DNA of 36,773 bases from an uncultured Acidobacteriaceae bacterium (lineage in GTDB: Bacteria; Acidobacteriota; Terriglobia; Terriglobales; Acidobacteriaceae): NCBI GenBank assembly GCA_964235575.1, contig CAXSDM010000001.1:72863-109635 (forward strand), written 5' to 3'. The position numbers and the translations under genes are program-made. Shown one piece after another: positions 1 to 9,545 of this stretch (positions are counted from its first letter, which is position 1; each line of letters starts with the position of its first letter). The notes under the pieces were generated by a model. That model worked only from the letters and a program-made list of their open reading frames with translations, did no database searches and had not been told where the DNA came from.

Positions 1-7
1 GACCTGT

Positions 8-1128
8 ATGAACTCTCCAGTAACAATCATCGGTGCCGGACTCGGCGGATTGACACTTGCGCGCGTTCTCCATGTGCACGGCATTCCTCCACAGTCTACG
101 ATGGGGAACTCTCTTCCACGGCCCGGGCGCAGGGCGGCATGCTCGACATCCACGAGGAGAACGGCCAACTCGCGCTGAAGGACGCGGGACTATACGAGCA
201 GTTCCTCGAGATCATTCACCCCGGCGGCCAACAGACCCGTGTCCTCGACACCCAGGGAAACGTGCTGCGCGACGACCCGGACGATGGCACAGGCGGCCGG
301 CCTGAAGTGCCCCGGGGAAAGCTTCGCGATATCCTGCTGGACTCCCTTCCAGTCCGGACAGTGCAGTGGGGACATAAGCTGATAAGCGCGACTCCGCTTG
401 GCGGCGGCCGTCACAGCCTTGCGTTTGCCGACGGCTCAACAGTGTCTTCTTACCTTCTCGTAGGCGCCGACGGTGCGTGGTCAAAAGTTCGCCCGCTGCT
501 TTCGGACTCGAAGCCGGCGTATGCGGGTATCACTTACGTCGAGACGTACCTCTACGACAGTGACAACCGGCACAGGCCGAGTGCCGAAGCAGTTGGCGGA
601 GGTGCGCTCTTTGCGTTGGCTCCGGGGAGAGGTTTGATGGCGCACCGCGAGCCTCACGATGTGCTCCACACGTACGCCGCTTTCAGGAGGCCGAAGGAAT
701 GGATAGACGAGATCGATTTTTCTGATACAGCAATGGCCTTAGCCCGCGTCGCGGAGGAGTTTGACGGCTCGGCCCCGGAGCTCGTTTCACTCCTCACGGA
801 CAGCGACACCAGCCCTGTGGTTCGCCCGATCTATGATCTTCCTGTGGGCCACCGATGGGCACGGATACCCGGTGTGACGCTACTCGGTGACGCGGCGCAT
901 CTGATGATGCCCTCGGGCGAAGGAGCCAACCTTGCCATGTACGACGGCGCGGAGCTCGGGAAGATGCTGGCGGCGAACAGGGGTGATGTGGAAGCTGCGC
1001 TTCTCGCGTATGAAGAAAATTTGTTTCCGCGTAGTGCCTCGGAAGCTGCGGAGGCGGACCGTGGACAAGAGGTGCTCTTTGGCAACAACTCGCCTCAAAG
1101 TTTGCTGGACTTCTTTGCGGGCCACTGA
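8..1128 (+). pseudogene. FAD-dependent monooxygenase (TetX-like group A flavoprotein), split by a 1-nt frameshift near 89-90
   Basis: ATG at 8 reads [27 protein letters not shown] (Rossmann GxGxxG). The continuation [21 protein letters not shown] lies in a different frame (the 139..1128 ORF), which carries the LVGADGAWSKVR (DG) and TLLGDAAH..P..GEGANLAM.DG (GD) motifs. Could be a sequencing error. Confidence 0.8.
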
Positions 1129-1132
1129 CCCG

Positions 1133-1489
1133 TCAGTCGGTTGACTGACTTCGGCTTCTCCTGTCGCAGCAAAGGCTGCTTGTCGCCCAATGAAAGACCG
1201 CGTTGCGCAAGCGTGGACTGCTTACCTGACGCATCCCAACGGTCTTTCTTTTGCCGCTCTGCCTGGTTACCGGAGCCGTTCCGGCATAGCAGCGTAGAGC
1301 CTCGTAATCCCGTTCTCGGATCGGCCTCGAAGCTTCCGTCAAGAGCGCTGCGGCGACGGCTGGACCAACGCCTGGGATGGATAGGATCAGGCCAGCGTCA
1401 CACGGCGGCATACCCGTTCCAGAATTTGCTTCAGTCATTGCTTGGGATGGATCGAAAACAAGGAGAAACCACTCTCGCCAAGCGCACAT
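1133..1489 (-). mobile_element. IS110/IS116/IS902-family transposase internal fragment (remnant)
   Basis: LSIPGVGPAVAAALL (HhH-like) followed by YAGTAPVTRQSGK and RLRNAVFHWA is typical of the IS110 C-terminal Tnp domain. The N-terminal DEDD domain and the C-terminus are missing. Confidence 0.8.
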
Positions 1490-1552
1490 TGCTCCAACAA
1501 CCTACCAGCCGATCGCTTATTCACCGCGCCAGAAAGAGGCGGCCCGTGCTAG

Positions 1553-1567
1553 AGTCAACGGGTGACT
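1553..1567. promoter_or_regulatory. Palindromic operator candidate, copy 1 (AGTCAACGGGTGACT)
   Basis: Perfect AGTCA-N5-TGACT about 40 nt upstream of the aldolase start; near-identical copies at 4750, 21332 and 29221. Confidence 0.7.
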
Positions 1568-1606
1568 TTTGATCAAGTCACTAAAGTTTGCTACGGGAGA
1601 AATTCC

Positions 1607-2446
1607 ATGTTCGAAAAGAATAGGCTTCTGGCTATGCTCGAGCGAAAGGAGATTCCGCTCGGTATTCAGGTGTTTACGGGAAGCCCCGAACTCATCGAAG
1701 TGATCGGCGCAACGGGATACGACTTCGTGATGATCGACACGGAACACAGTGGAACAAATGTACGCGCCCTGGAAAACCTGATCCGAACCGCGGAGCTCGC
1801 CGGGCTTTTCCCGTATGTACGCGTCCCCGATCACTCGAACGAAATCGACATCCGTCGCGCCATCGAAGCCGGCGCTGAAGGCATCTTCCTCCCGCTGATC
1901 CGCAGTGCGGCAGACGTACTCGCCGCCGCCGATCACGCGTTCATTCCACCGAAGGGAAAGCGAGGCATTTGCCCAGCCGCGCGTGCAGCGCGTTACAATT
2001 TCCGCCGCTTCCAGGAGTATGCAGATTGGAATAACGCAGAAGTGGCCTTGATCCCGATGATCGAGAACGCCGAAGCCGTGGAGAACATCGATGAGATTTG
2101 CGCTCTGGAAGACGTGAAGATGCTGGTTTTCGCGCCTGGTGACCTGGCGTTTCAACTCGGCGAAAGCACTTCCATGATGCGTGGCCCGAAAGTACAAGCG
2201 GCTTACAAGAAGGTGATGGAAGCGACCAGGCGACATGGTGTCGCCGTCATCGGCGGCCCAGTACTCGATCCAACTGTGGCCGGCTGCAAAAAGGCGCTGG
2301 CAGATGGAGTGACTATCTTCTGTCTCGGTCTGGACACACTGGGATTCCGGAAATTCTGCGAGGGAACCGTTACGACGTTGAACGAGTCGCTCGAAGGAAC
2401 GCAGTACACGCGCCGCCCTGCTCCGGAAAGCGGCTTTCCCGGCTAG
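1607..2446 (+). CDS. HpcH/HpaI-family class II aldolase / citrate-lyase-like enzyme (copy 1)
   Basis: Motifs DFVMIDTEH, VRVP, MIE and APGDL (metal-binding E/D, catalytic R/H). ATG at 1607 follows a GGGAGA RBS. Confidence 0.88.
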   Translation: MFEKNRLLAMLERKEIPLGIQVFTGSPELIEVIGATGYDFVMIDTEHSGTNVRALENLIRTAELAGLFPYVRVPDHSNEIDIRRAIEAGAEGIFLPLIRSAADVLAAADHAFIPPKGKRGICPAARAARYNFRRFQEYADWNNAEVALIPMIENAEAVENIDEICALEDVKMLVFAPGDLAFQLGESTSMMRGPKVQAAYKKVMEATRRHGVAVIGGPVLDPTVAGCKKALADGVTIFCLGLDTLGFRKFCEGTVTTLNESLEGTQYTRRPAPESGFPG

Positions 2447-2483
2447 AACCACTCATAAAAGCAACTCAAAAGGGAGATCCACA

Positions 2484-3020
2484 ATGGTTTCAAAATGGAA
2501 ACGGTATGTCGTAGGGCCTGACGAGAACGGCAAGTCCGCGGTGTTGACGGACGAAGCGACCAACGTGCAGGAGGACCCAGGCATCTTCTGGCGGGCGACT
2601 TTGTGGAGCACGGAAGAAGTGCCCGTAAACAATGCCATTAAGGGCGACCGGGCAGAGGGCCACAAGACGCGTCACCCGCACCCGGGCGGCATGCTGATGC
2701 GCGCTGTTGAGATCCCTCCGGATTCCAAGGAGAAGACCCATCACATCGAACAGCTGAAGAAGCTGCATGCCTCCGTGCAACAAAAACATACGCCCACAGC
2801 GGAAGATCTGGCACGTCACCCCAGCATGCACAGGACGGATACGCTGGATTGCATCGTGTGCGTTCTCGGCGAAATTCACCTCGTCACCGATATCGACGAC
2901 GTCGTGATGCGTCCCGGCGACTCCGTTGTGATTCGGGGCACGAATCACGCCTGGAGCAATCTTACCGACAAGCCCGCACTGCTTGTGGGTTGCATGATGG
3001 ACGCCATCCCTCAACCCTAG
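2484..3020 (+). CDS. Cupin-domain protein (FdeH-like)
   Basis: N-terminal RYVVGPDENGKSAV plus MHRTDTLD..V.GEI and PGDSVV.RGTNHAWSN cupin motifs; GGGAG RBS. Confidence 0.85.
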   Translation: MVSKWKRYVVGPDENGKSAVLTDEATNVQEDPGIFWRATLWSTEEVPVNNAIKGDRAEGHKTRHPHPGGMLMRAVEIPPDSKEKTHHIEQLKKLHASVQQKHTPTAEDLARHPSMHRTDTLDCIVCVLGEIHLVTDIDDVVMRPGDSVVIRGTNHAWSNLTDKPALLVGCMMDAIPQP

Positions 3021-3058
3021 TGACCAAGGCGAATAGTTTGCTCGATGGAGAGCGTTAT

Positions 3059-3859
3059 ATGACGACATCGCCACGCAAGAATCCGTTCCTCGACAGGCTT
3101 CGTGCCGACGAGCCGACGCTGATGATGGCGATTCGCAGCTCTCGGACGACGGAGATCGTGCGCATCGCCAAGGCGACCGGAAACCACGCTGTCATGGTCG
3201 ACCTGGAGCACAGTGCGATCACCATCGACACGGCAGGCGAGATGTGCGGTGCTGCCGGCGACCTGGGGCTTACGCCTTTCGTGCGCATTCCGGAGCGAGA
3301 TTACGGCATCATCGGCCGTCTTCTCGACTCCGGCGCATTGGGCATCCTTGCTCCACGGATCGAAACGGTCGCGCAGGCCGAAGAACTTAGCCGCGCGTGC
3401 CGCTTCCCGCCGGACGGGCAACGCTCGCAGCTGGCGATGGTGCCGCAATACGGCATGCGCCCGATGCCTGCTTGCGAACTGAACCCCTTGCTGGACGCAA
3501 GCACCATTGTGCAGGTGCTGCTGGAAACTCCGCAGGGCGTTGGGAATGCCGACGCTATCGCAGCCCTGCCGGGTGTCGATGTGCTGAGCATAGGCGCCAA
3601 TGATCTGTGCGCGGAACTCGGCATTCCGGGTCGCTTCGAGGACGTGCGGTTGCGTGAATGCGTTACGGCCGTCGCAGAGGCATGCAAGCGACACGACAAG
3701 CTGTTCATGCTGGGTGGAATCAGCGATCTTGCGATCCTGAAGTCTCTGCGTCCGCTCGGCATTGCGCCGCTCTACCAGACCGGCACAGACACCGACATGC
3801 TGTTCTTTGCCGCCGAACAACGCAGCAAGCGCTTACTGGAGTGGCACGCCGGGGCGTGA
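3059..3859 (+). CDS. HpcH/HpaI-family class II aldolase (copy 2, divergent from copy 1)
   Basis: Motifs VMVDLEH, VRIP, RFPPDGQRS, LLETPQGV.NADAIAALPGVD and IGANDL. Start set at ATG 3059 after GGAG. Confidence 0.88.
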   Translation: MTTSPRKNPFLDRLRADEPTLMMAIRSSRTTEIVRIAKATGNHAVMVDLEHSAITIDTAGEMCGAAGDLGLTPFVRIPERDYGIIGRLLDSGALGILAPRIETVAQAEELSRACRFPPDGQRSQLAMVPQYGMRPMPACELNPLLDASTIVQVLLETPQGVGNADAIAALPGVDVLSIGANDLCAELGIPGRFEDVRLRECVTAVAEACKRHDKLFMLGGISDLAILKSLRPLGIAPLYQTGTDTDMLFFAAEQRSKRLLEWHAGA

Positions 3860-3868
3860 GGTCTAAAG

Positions 3869-4666
3869 CTAGCGTCGAAGCAACGACGACAGCAAGCTGG
3901 AAAGAGCGGAAGTTCCGCCCGGCGACGGCGAAGTTCGTGGCAGCGACATGATCGCGTCCGCTGTCTGCTGGTGGTAGGCCACGGCAGCAGCGTGAGCAGC
4001 CACGACGTCGCGTGCACGAATGGCCGAAACAACGTCCTGACGGTATTTTGCAAGTTGCAACGCGACCTGCCGGCGTAGTTTGTCGGATGCACCGGTCAGC
4101 TCTGCGGCCAACGCGAACTGCACCTCGGCCAGCGAACGGCAAAGAACCGCCAGCAGAGGGTTCTTAGAAGCAGCTGCGATCGCGTTCGTGAAGCGTGTGA
4201 GTGCGGCAGTGATAGCAGCGCTGTTCTTTGACTTCTGCACTTCAACGAGAGCGTCGTTCATCTCGGTCAAGTCGTCGGTGGTGGCATTTTGGGCGGCCAG
4301 TTCGATAGCAAGTATGTTCAGCGCCCGGTACACCGACAGGACCTGCGAAACGTTTAGCTGGTCGATCTGCATCGTAGAGCCGAGCGAAGAGGAGATGAGC
4401 TCATCGGTGTCGGCGGTAACGTAGGCTCCGCTCCCGTGCCGCACTTCGATGAATTGACACATCGCAAGGGCGCGAATAGCTTCTCGCACCGTCGAGATGC
4501 TGACACCATAGATCCCCATCAGTGCTTTTTCGGTTGGGAGCTTGTTGCCGCGGACAAGCTCACGGCTCAGGATCTTCGCCTTGATCACCTGGAAAATGTG
4601 TTCGGCTGCCCGTGTCTGAGGCGCTTTGAGCGGTTCAACCCCTTCAGTTTTCGCGGGTTTCGGCAT
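3869..4666 (-). CDS. GntR/FadR-family transcriptional regulator
   Basis: Winged HTH (LPTEKALMGIYGVSISTVREAIRAL..EVRHGSGAYV) plus an FCD-like C-terminus (AIAAASKNPLL). Probable start MPKPAK. Confidence 0.9.
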   Translation of the reverse strand: MPKPAKTEGVEPLKAPQTRAAEHIFQVIKAKILSRELVRGNKLPTEKALMGIYGVSISTVREAIRALAMCQFIEVRHGSGAYVTADTDELISSSLGSTMQIDQLNVSQVLSVYRALNILAIELAAQNATTDDLTEMNDALVEVQKSKNSAAITAALTRFTNAIAAASKNPLLAVLCRSLAEVQFALAAELTGASDKLRRQVALQLAKYRQDVVSAIRARDVVAAHAAAVAYHQQTADAIMSLPRTSPSPGGTSALSSLLSSLLRR

Positions 4667-4749
4667 TCCTTGGAGTATAGCTTCGGAACGACGCCGGGCT
4701 GGCCTGCAACTCAACTGATCGTGCGAGACTGATTCGCCGCACGGACTGG

Positions 4750-4788
4750 AGTCACTGGTTGACTTCCGGAAGGCGGCACGCTTACAGT
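4750..4788 (+). promoter_or_regulatory. Operator copy 2 (AGTCACTGGTTGACT) overlapping a sigma70-like promoter TTGACT-N18-TACAGT
   Basis: Palindrome at 4750-4764 in the divergent gntR/esterase spacer; -35 at 4759-4764 and -10 at 4783-4788. Confidence 0.65.
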
Positions 4789-4796
4789 CACGTACT

Positions 4797-6290
4797 ATGC
4801 AGAGCGGGACACAGACAAAGGCGCTTGCCACGATTGACAGCGGAGACCTCGCGGGACTGACGAAGGATGGCGTTCACATGTTCTTCGGTATTCCCTACGT
4901 CGCGGCCCCCACGGGCCCTAATCGCTGGAAAGCTCCACAATCTATGCGTCCGTGGGAGGGCGTTCGCGAGGCAAAGGCTTTTGGCGCGCGCTGCCTCCAG
5001 ACGGTTGGCGCTTCGTTTGACTCTCGCGTCACGGAAGAGAGCGAAGACTGCTTGTTCCTCAACGTGTGGACGGCAACGCTCGGCAGTCAGGCCCGGTGCC
5101 CGGTCATCGTGTGGATTCACGGCGGCGGCAACCTGGGTGGAGCGGGCTCCGAAGATGCCACGGACGGCAGCCAGTTGGCCCAGTCTGGCATTGTTGTTGT
5201 TTCCTTCAACTACCGCCTTGGAGCGCTTGGTTTTCTTTCCCATCCATCCATCGGCTCGAACTTTGCTGTTCTCGATCAGATCGCGGCGCTTCGCTGGGTC
5301 CAGCGCAACATCACCGCGTTTGGTGGCGATCCGGACAATGTGACGCTGATGGGCCAGTCGGCAGGAGCGCAAGCTGTAAGAGTTCTGCTGTCCTGTCCCA
5401 CCGCGGATGGTCTCTACCATCGTGCCGTAATGCAGAGTGCCGGCTTCGAAGCTCCGGCTTTTGCCGAAGCCTGGTCTCTGAGCCGCGCGCACGCTGCAGC
5501 GGAAGAGTTGTTCGCGATGCTCGGCAGCAGGGACGTTGCCCAGCTCCAACTGGTGCCAGGGGAAGAACTGAAGAGGGTCTCGCACGAGCTGTCCGGCGTG
5601 ATACCGAAGCCTGGACGCGTGCATACGCCTGCCAATCTCGTCTGGATGCCGGTGCATGACGGGGAACTGGTCACGCGTAGCTCACCGGCGGAGTGGCCCA
5701 TGTCTGTCCCCGTGCTGATGGGGTATATGGCCAATGAGGCTCGCTACTTTATCAAGCCGAATGCGCCTGTCACCACTGAGGTTCTCGAGCGGATGGCCGG
5801 TGCGCTCTGCGGTCCGAAGCGCGATGAAGCTATAGCAGCGCTGCATCAACAGGGTGGCTCCGTCTACGAATCCCTGGAAGAGCTGTTTTCCACGGCTATC
5901 TGGACGGAGCCCGCATACGCTACGCTGCAGCATCTGGCGCTCAGCGGCCACACCGTTTTCTTCTATGTCTTCGGAAGGGAGTCACCCGGCGCACGGGTGA
6001 CTCAGGAGCTCGCGAAACACACCGCGGAGATCCGTTATGTCTTCGGGACTCTGCAGCCTGGTGAGGCATACGATGAGGTTGACCGGAGTATCTCGCATTC
6101 CATGCAACATGCCTGGACCACGTTCGCGCGCACCGGAGTTCCTGCAGGAGAAGATGGCGAGCCGTGGCCCGCATACTCTCCCACATCAGACCTAAGCACG
6201 CAAATTCGAAACAGTGTGGAGAGCGGACATCTTGTCGTGTCACGGCTTGTCACGATTGTCTCGGCACTGCGGCATGCTTCTGAGAGTTGA
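4797..6290 (+). CDS. Type-B carboxylesterase (alpha/beta hydrolase)
   Basis: FFGIPYVAAP, SEDCLFLNVW, WIHGGG oxyanion hole, NYRLG, FGGDPDNVTLMGQSAGA (nucleophile Ser) and HTAEIRYVFG (catalytic His). No obvious signal peptide. Confidence 0.93.
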   Translation: MQSGTQTKALATIDSGDLAGLTKDGVHMFFGIPYVAAPTGPNRWKAPQSMRPWEGVREAKAFGARCLQTVGASFDSRVTEESEDCLFLNVWTATLGSQARCPVIVWIHGGGNLGGAGSEDATDGSQLAQSGIVVVSFNYRLGALGFLSHPSIGSNFAVLDQIAALRWVQRNITAFGGDPDNVTLMGQSAGAQAVRVLLSCPTADGLYHRAVMQSAGFEAPAFAEAWSLSRAHAAAEELFAMLGSRDVAQLQLVPGEELKRVSHELSGVIPKPGRVHTPANLVWMPVHDGELVTRSSPAEWPMSVPVLMGYMANEARYFIKPNAPVTTEVLERMAGALCGPKRDEAIAALHQQGGSVYESLEELFSTAIWTEPAYATLQHLALSGHTVFFYVFGRESPGARVTQELAKHTAEIRYVFGTLQPGEAYDEVDRSISHSMQHAWTTFARTGVPAGEDGEPWPAYSPTSDLSTQIRNSVESGHLVVSRLVTIVSALRHASES

Positions 6291-6328
6291 GCACGCGAGA
6301 TAGCCTCGTGAGACGGGACGACAGGGTT

Positions 6329-7288
6329 TCAGAACCGGCGAGTCTGCGGTTCCATAGCGGGCTCGGTCAGCCCGCCGAGCCTGGCCTGAAACTCAGGCGA
6401 AGGCCGCAAGGGTGCGCCTTTCGCCGCATCCAGGTGCGCGGACAAGTGTGCACGTGTCTGTGCAGAGGTCTTACGGTAGATGGCGCGGCACAACTCATAC
6501 GCCGCATGACCCGGCCAGTCCTCCGGAAGCAGCACGGCGGGCAGCTGCGGGTCGTGCAGAACAACCCGGCGAAAAGAATGGATTAGCAAAGTCTGCACCA
6601 CGAAGGCATTCGCGGGGCTGATCCTTTCGTGCAGGAGCCGCTCCAGAGGTTGGAACTTGCGAAGAAAGCCGTTGTAATGATCGGCCACGCGCTTCAGGTC
6701 CCAGCATTCACTGACCAGGCGGGCTCCCGGTTTGGTGACGACCCCATCGAGATCGCGTGCCTGCATGACGACGACATCGTCGGCCAGCCGAAATCGTCGC
6801 AAGATCTGGTCGAGGTTCGCTCGGTTCGCCCGTGGGTGGATGAAGACGCCCGGAGATACAAGCCCGTACCCTTCCCACTCCAGTTCCCGGCGAACCTCTG
6901 TCCTCACCGCCACTGAAACCTGAAGCTTGCTGAGGATGACGATCGTCCAGTTCCCATCCCACTCCCTGGGCGGCAACTCGTAGATGCGCCCGTAGGCGTG
7001 CTCCACCCGTTCCCGGCTCCCTTCCGTAAGGGAGTAGAGACTTCTGCGCCCTTCCCTTTGCGATTCGAGCCAGTTCTCCGAAGCCAAACGGAACGCACTT
7101 GTCCGGGCGAGTTGAGAGTTCATCCCGAACGGCGTCAGCAGCGCGATCAACTCACTGAGCCAGATACCCGGGACGTAAGGAAGAAGTGAGTCACCGAAGA
7201 TGGTGACGATCAGCGATTTTGAGCGCGGTGGGTCGCTTGTCAGGGAACTCTTGATCCAGTTCTGAATGCTGTTCGGCTTCGCCGCCAT
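6329..7288 (-). CDS. paaX: Phenylacetyl-CoA-responsive repressor PaaX
   Basis: RSKSLIVTIFGDS, WDGNW, ELEWEGYG and HDPQLPAVLLPEDWPG motifs; divergent from paaA. Confidence 0.95.
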   Translation of the reverse strand: MAAKPNSIQNWIKSSLTSDPPRSKSLIVTIFGDSLLPYVPGIWLSELIALLTPFGMNSQLARTSAFRLASENWLESQREGRRSLYSLTEGSRERVEHAYGRIYELPPREWDGNWTIVILSKLQVSVAVRTEVRRELEWEGYGLVSPGVFIHPRANRANLDQILRRFRLADDVVVMQARDLDGVVTKPGARLVSECWDLKRVADHYNGFLRKFQPLERLLHERISPANAFVVQTLLIHSFRRVVLHDPQLPAVLLPEDWPGHAAYELCRAIYRKTSAQTRAHLSAHLDAAKGAPLRPSPEFQARLGGLTEPAMEPQTRRF

Positions 7289-7336
7289 GCTCCCGCGCTT
7301 TCCTCCATTTGATGATACGGGAGCCCGCAAGCGGTG

Positions 7337-7401
7337 AATACAACGGCTCACAATGTATTACACAATTTATCTTGACAATCTCTATTCTGTACCGATACAA
7401 C
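7337..7401 (+). promoter_or_regulatory. paaX/paaA divergent promoter region with candidate PaaX operator
   Basis: AT-rich spacer with TTGACA at 7372-7377 and TACAAC 18 nt later, an inverted repeat AATACA-N11-TGTATT (7337-7359), and the box AATGTATTACACAATTT (7352-7368). Confidence 0.6.
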
Positions 7402-7438
7402 AATCTACAAGTGAATGGGTGTCCTTTCGGGAGGCAGC

Positions 7439-8431
7439 ATGTACGCACAATTGGTAGACACAGGCGTTTCGAAGGTACGTACAGGCGCGGAACTCAGCCC
7501 GGAAGAGCAGGCCTTTGAAGCCAAGATCGATGCCGGCATCAAGATCGAAGCCAAGGACTGGATGCCCGAAGGCTACCGCAAAACGCTTGTCCGTCAGATT
7601 AGCCAGCATGCGCACTCGGAGATTGTCGGACAGCTGCCTGAAGGTAACTGGATCACGCGCGCTCCCAGCTTGAAGCGCAAATCCATTCTGCTTGCCAAGG
7701 TGCAGGACGAAGCCGGCCATGGGCTCTATCTCTACAGTGCCGCGGAGACGCTGGGCACGGCGCGGGAAAAAATGGTCGACGACCTTCATGCCGGCAAGGC
7801 GAAATACTCCAGCATCTTCAACTACCCGACGCTTACATGGGCGGATATGGGCGCGATCGGCTGGCTGGTCGATGGCTCGGCCATCATCAACCAAATTCCT
7901 TTGTGCCGCTGCTCCTACGGGCCTTACGCGCGTGCGATGGTGCGCGTGTGCAAGGAAGAGTCGTTCCATCAGCGGCAGGGCTACGACATCATGATCCAAC
8001 TGTGCAACGGAACACCGGAGCAGAAAGCGATGGCACAGGATGCGCTCAATCGCTGGTGGTGGCCGTCGCTGATGATGTTCGGGCCGAGCGATGCGGAGTC
8101 GGTCAACAGCGCGCAGTCGGCGCGCTGGGGCATCAAGCTGTTTTCGAACGACGAGTTGCGTCAGAAGATGGTCGACCAGACAGTGCCGCAGGCGGAGTTC
8201 CTGGGCCTTACCGTGCCCGACCCGGACCTCAAGTGGAACGAAGAGCGTGGCCACTACGACTTCGGCGAAATCTACTGGGAAGAGTTCTATAACGTCATCA
8301 AAGGCAACGGGCCCTGCAACAAGGAGCGGCTCGCGACCCGTGTGAAAGCGCATGAAGACGGAGCCTGGTTCCGCGAAGCGTTGATGGCGTATGCCGACAA
8401 ACGCAACATGGCGTCAGCGCAAGCAGCGTAG
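7439..8431 (+). CDS. paaA: Phenylacetyl-CoA 1,2-epoxidase subunit A
   Basis: [30 protein letters not shown] and [11 protein letters not shown] di-iron motifs; GGGAGG RBS. Confidence 0.97.
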   Translation: MYAQLVDTGVSKVRTGAELSPEEQAFEAKIDAGIKIEAKDWMPEGYRKTLVRQISQHAHSEIVGQLPEGNWITRAPSLKRKSILLAKVQDEAGHGLYLYSAAETLGTAREKMVDDLHAGKAKYSSIFNYPTLTWADMGAIGWLVDGSAIINQIPLCRCSYGPYARAMVRVCKEESFHQRQGYDIMIQLCNGTPEQKAMAQDALNRWWWPSLMMFGPSDAESVNSAQSARWGIKLFSNDELRQKMVDQTVPQAEFLGLTVPDPDLKWNEERGHYDFGEIYWEEFYNVIKGNGPCNKERLATRVKAHEDGAWFREALMAYADKRNMASAQAA

Positions 8432-8463
8432 CGAGCGCCGTATCGCCAGGCGTTACAAGGGAA

Positions 8464-8757
8464 ATGAGAGCCATGGAAAAACCGTCACCACTCTGGGAAG
8501 TCTTCATCCGCAGCCAGCACGGCCTTGCGCACAAGCATGTGGGCAGCCTGCACGCATCGGACGCGCAAATGGCGATCAACAATGCACGCGACGTTTACAC
8601 GCGCCGCAATGAAGGTGTCAGCATCTGGGTAGTTCCTTCGGCAGACATCATAGCCAGCTCGCCGCAGGACAAAGAGCCGTTGTTCGAGCCGGCCAACAGC
8701 AAGGTCTATCGGCACCCTACATTTTTCCCGATGCCTACCGAAGTCAAGCACATCTGA
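8464..8757 (+). CDS. paaB: Phenylacetyl-CoA epoxidase subunit B
   Basis: WEVFIRS.HGL.HKHVGSLHA.D..MA..NARDVYTRRNEGVSIWVV; the start may be at 8473. Confidence 0.97.
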   Translation: MRAMEKPSPLWEVFIRSQHGLAHKHVGSLHASDAQMAINNARDVYTRRNEGVSIWVVPSADIIASSPQDKEPLFEPANSKVYRHPTFFPMPTEVKHI

Positions 8758-8777
8758 AATCTCCCCGAGAGCGGCCC

Positions 8778-9545
8778 ATGCCTGTAGCTCAGCAAAACGC
8801 AAAGACGACCTACCTGCTTCGGTTGGGAGACACCGCATTGGTGTTGAGCCAGCGCATGTCCCAGCTTTGCGGCAAGGGTCCTGCGCTGGAAGAAGATATG
8901 GCGATGGCCAACACGGCGCTCGATCTTCTGGGACAGGCGCGGCTCTGGCTTAGCTACGCCGCGGAAGTGGAAGGCAGCGGCCGCGATGAAGACTCACTCG
9001 CTTTCCTACGCAATGATCGCGAGTTTTGCAACTTCCTGCTCGTCGAGCAGCCCAACGGCAACTATGCGGACACGATGGTTCGCGAGTTCTTCTTCGATGC
9101 CTGGCACACGCTTGCGCTTGATCGCCTGATACGATCCGCGGACCCGCGCATCGCGGAAATCGCGGCGAAGTCGCAGAAGGAAGTCACCTATCATCTGCGT
9201 CGCAGTTCTGACCTGATCGTGCGCATGGGTGATGGTACCGAGCAGAGCCACGCCTTTGCGCAGAGGGCAGTGCTTACCTTGTGGCCCTTTACCGGCGAGA
9301 TGTTTACGACAGACTCCATCGACAACGAAATGGTTGCAGCGGGCGAAGGCTTCGATCCATCCTCGTTGAAAGACGATTGGCTCGCGTACGTCGGCAAGGT
9401 GTTTCAGGTGGCCACGCTCCAAGTGCCCGCCCCAGATGGCTGGATGCAAAAAGGCGGCAAGCAGGGCGTACATACAGAGCATCTCGGATACCTGCTGGCG
9501 GAGATGCAGGTAGTGCATCGCGCGCATCCAGGAGCCAGGTGGTGA
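8778..9545 (+). CDS. paaC: Phenylacetyl-CoA epoxidase subunit C
   Basis: LRLGD.ALVL.QR, PALEED.A.AN..LDLLGQAR and HTEHLGYLLAEMQ...RAHPGARW. Confidence 0.97.
   Translation: MPVAQQNAKTTYLLRLGDTALVLSQRMSQLCGKGPALEEDMAMANTALDLLGQARLWLSYAAEVEGSGRDEDSLAFLRNDREFCNFLLVEQPNGNYADTMVREFFFDAWHTLALDRLIRSADPRIAEIAAKSQKEVTYHLRRSSDLIVRMGDGTEQSHAFAQRAVLTLWPFTGEMFTTDSIDNEMVAAGEGFDPSSLKDDWLAYVGKVFQVATLQVPAPDGWMQKGGKQGVHTEHLGYLLAEMQVVHRAHPGARW

Noticed and set aside
139-1128. Calling this gene tet(X), a resistance determinant
   Set aside because: Only family-level similarity is visible and the gene is frameshifted, so substrate cannot be assigned.
1440-1552. IS110 bridge-RNA locus
   Set aside because: Only an internal transposase fragment survives; no element ends or convincing structured RNA could be identified by eye.
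9281-9541. N-terminal extensions in the ORF track (paaD 9281, aldolase 2849, paaF 10983, paaG 13953, paaK 16819, ATPase 32781)
   Set aside because: They overlap neighbouring genes; downstream starts with RBS or stop-start coupling fit the homologous lengths.
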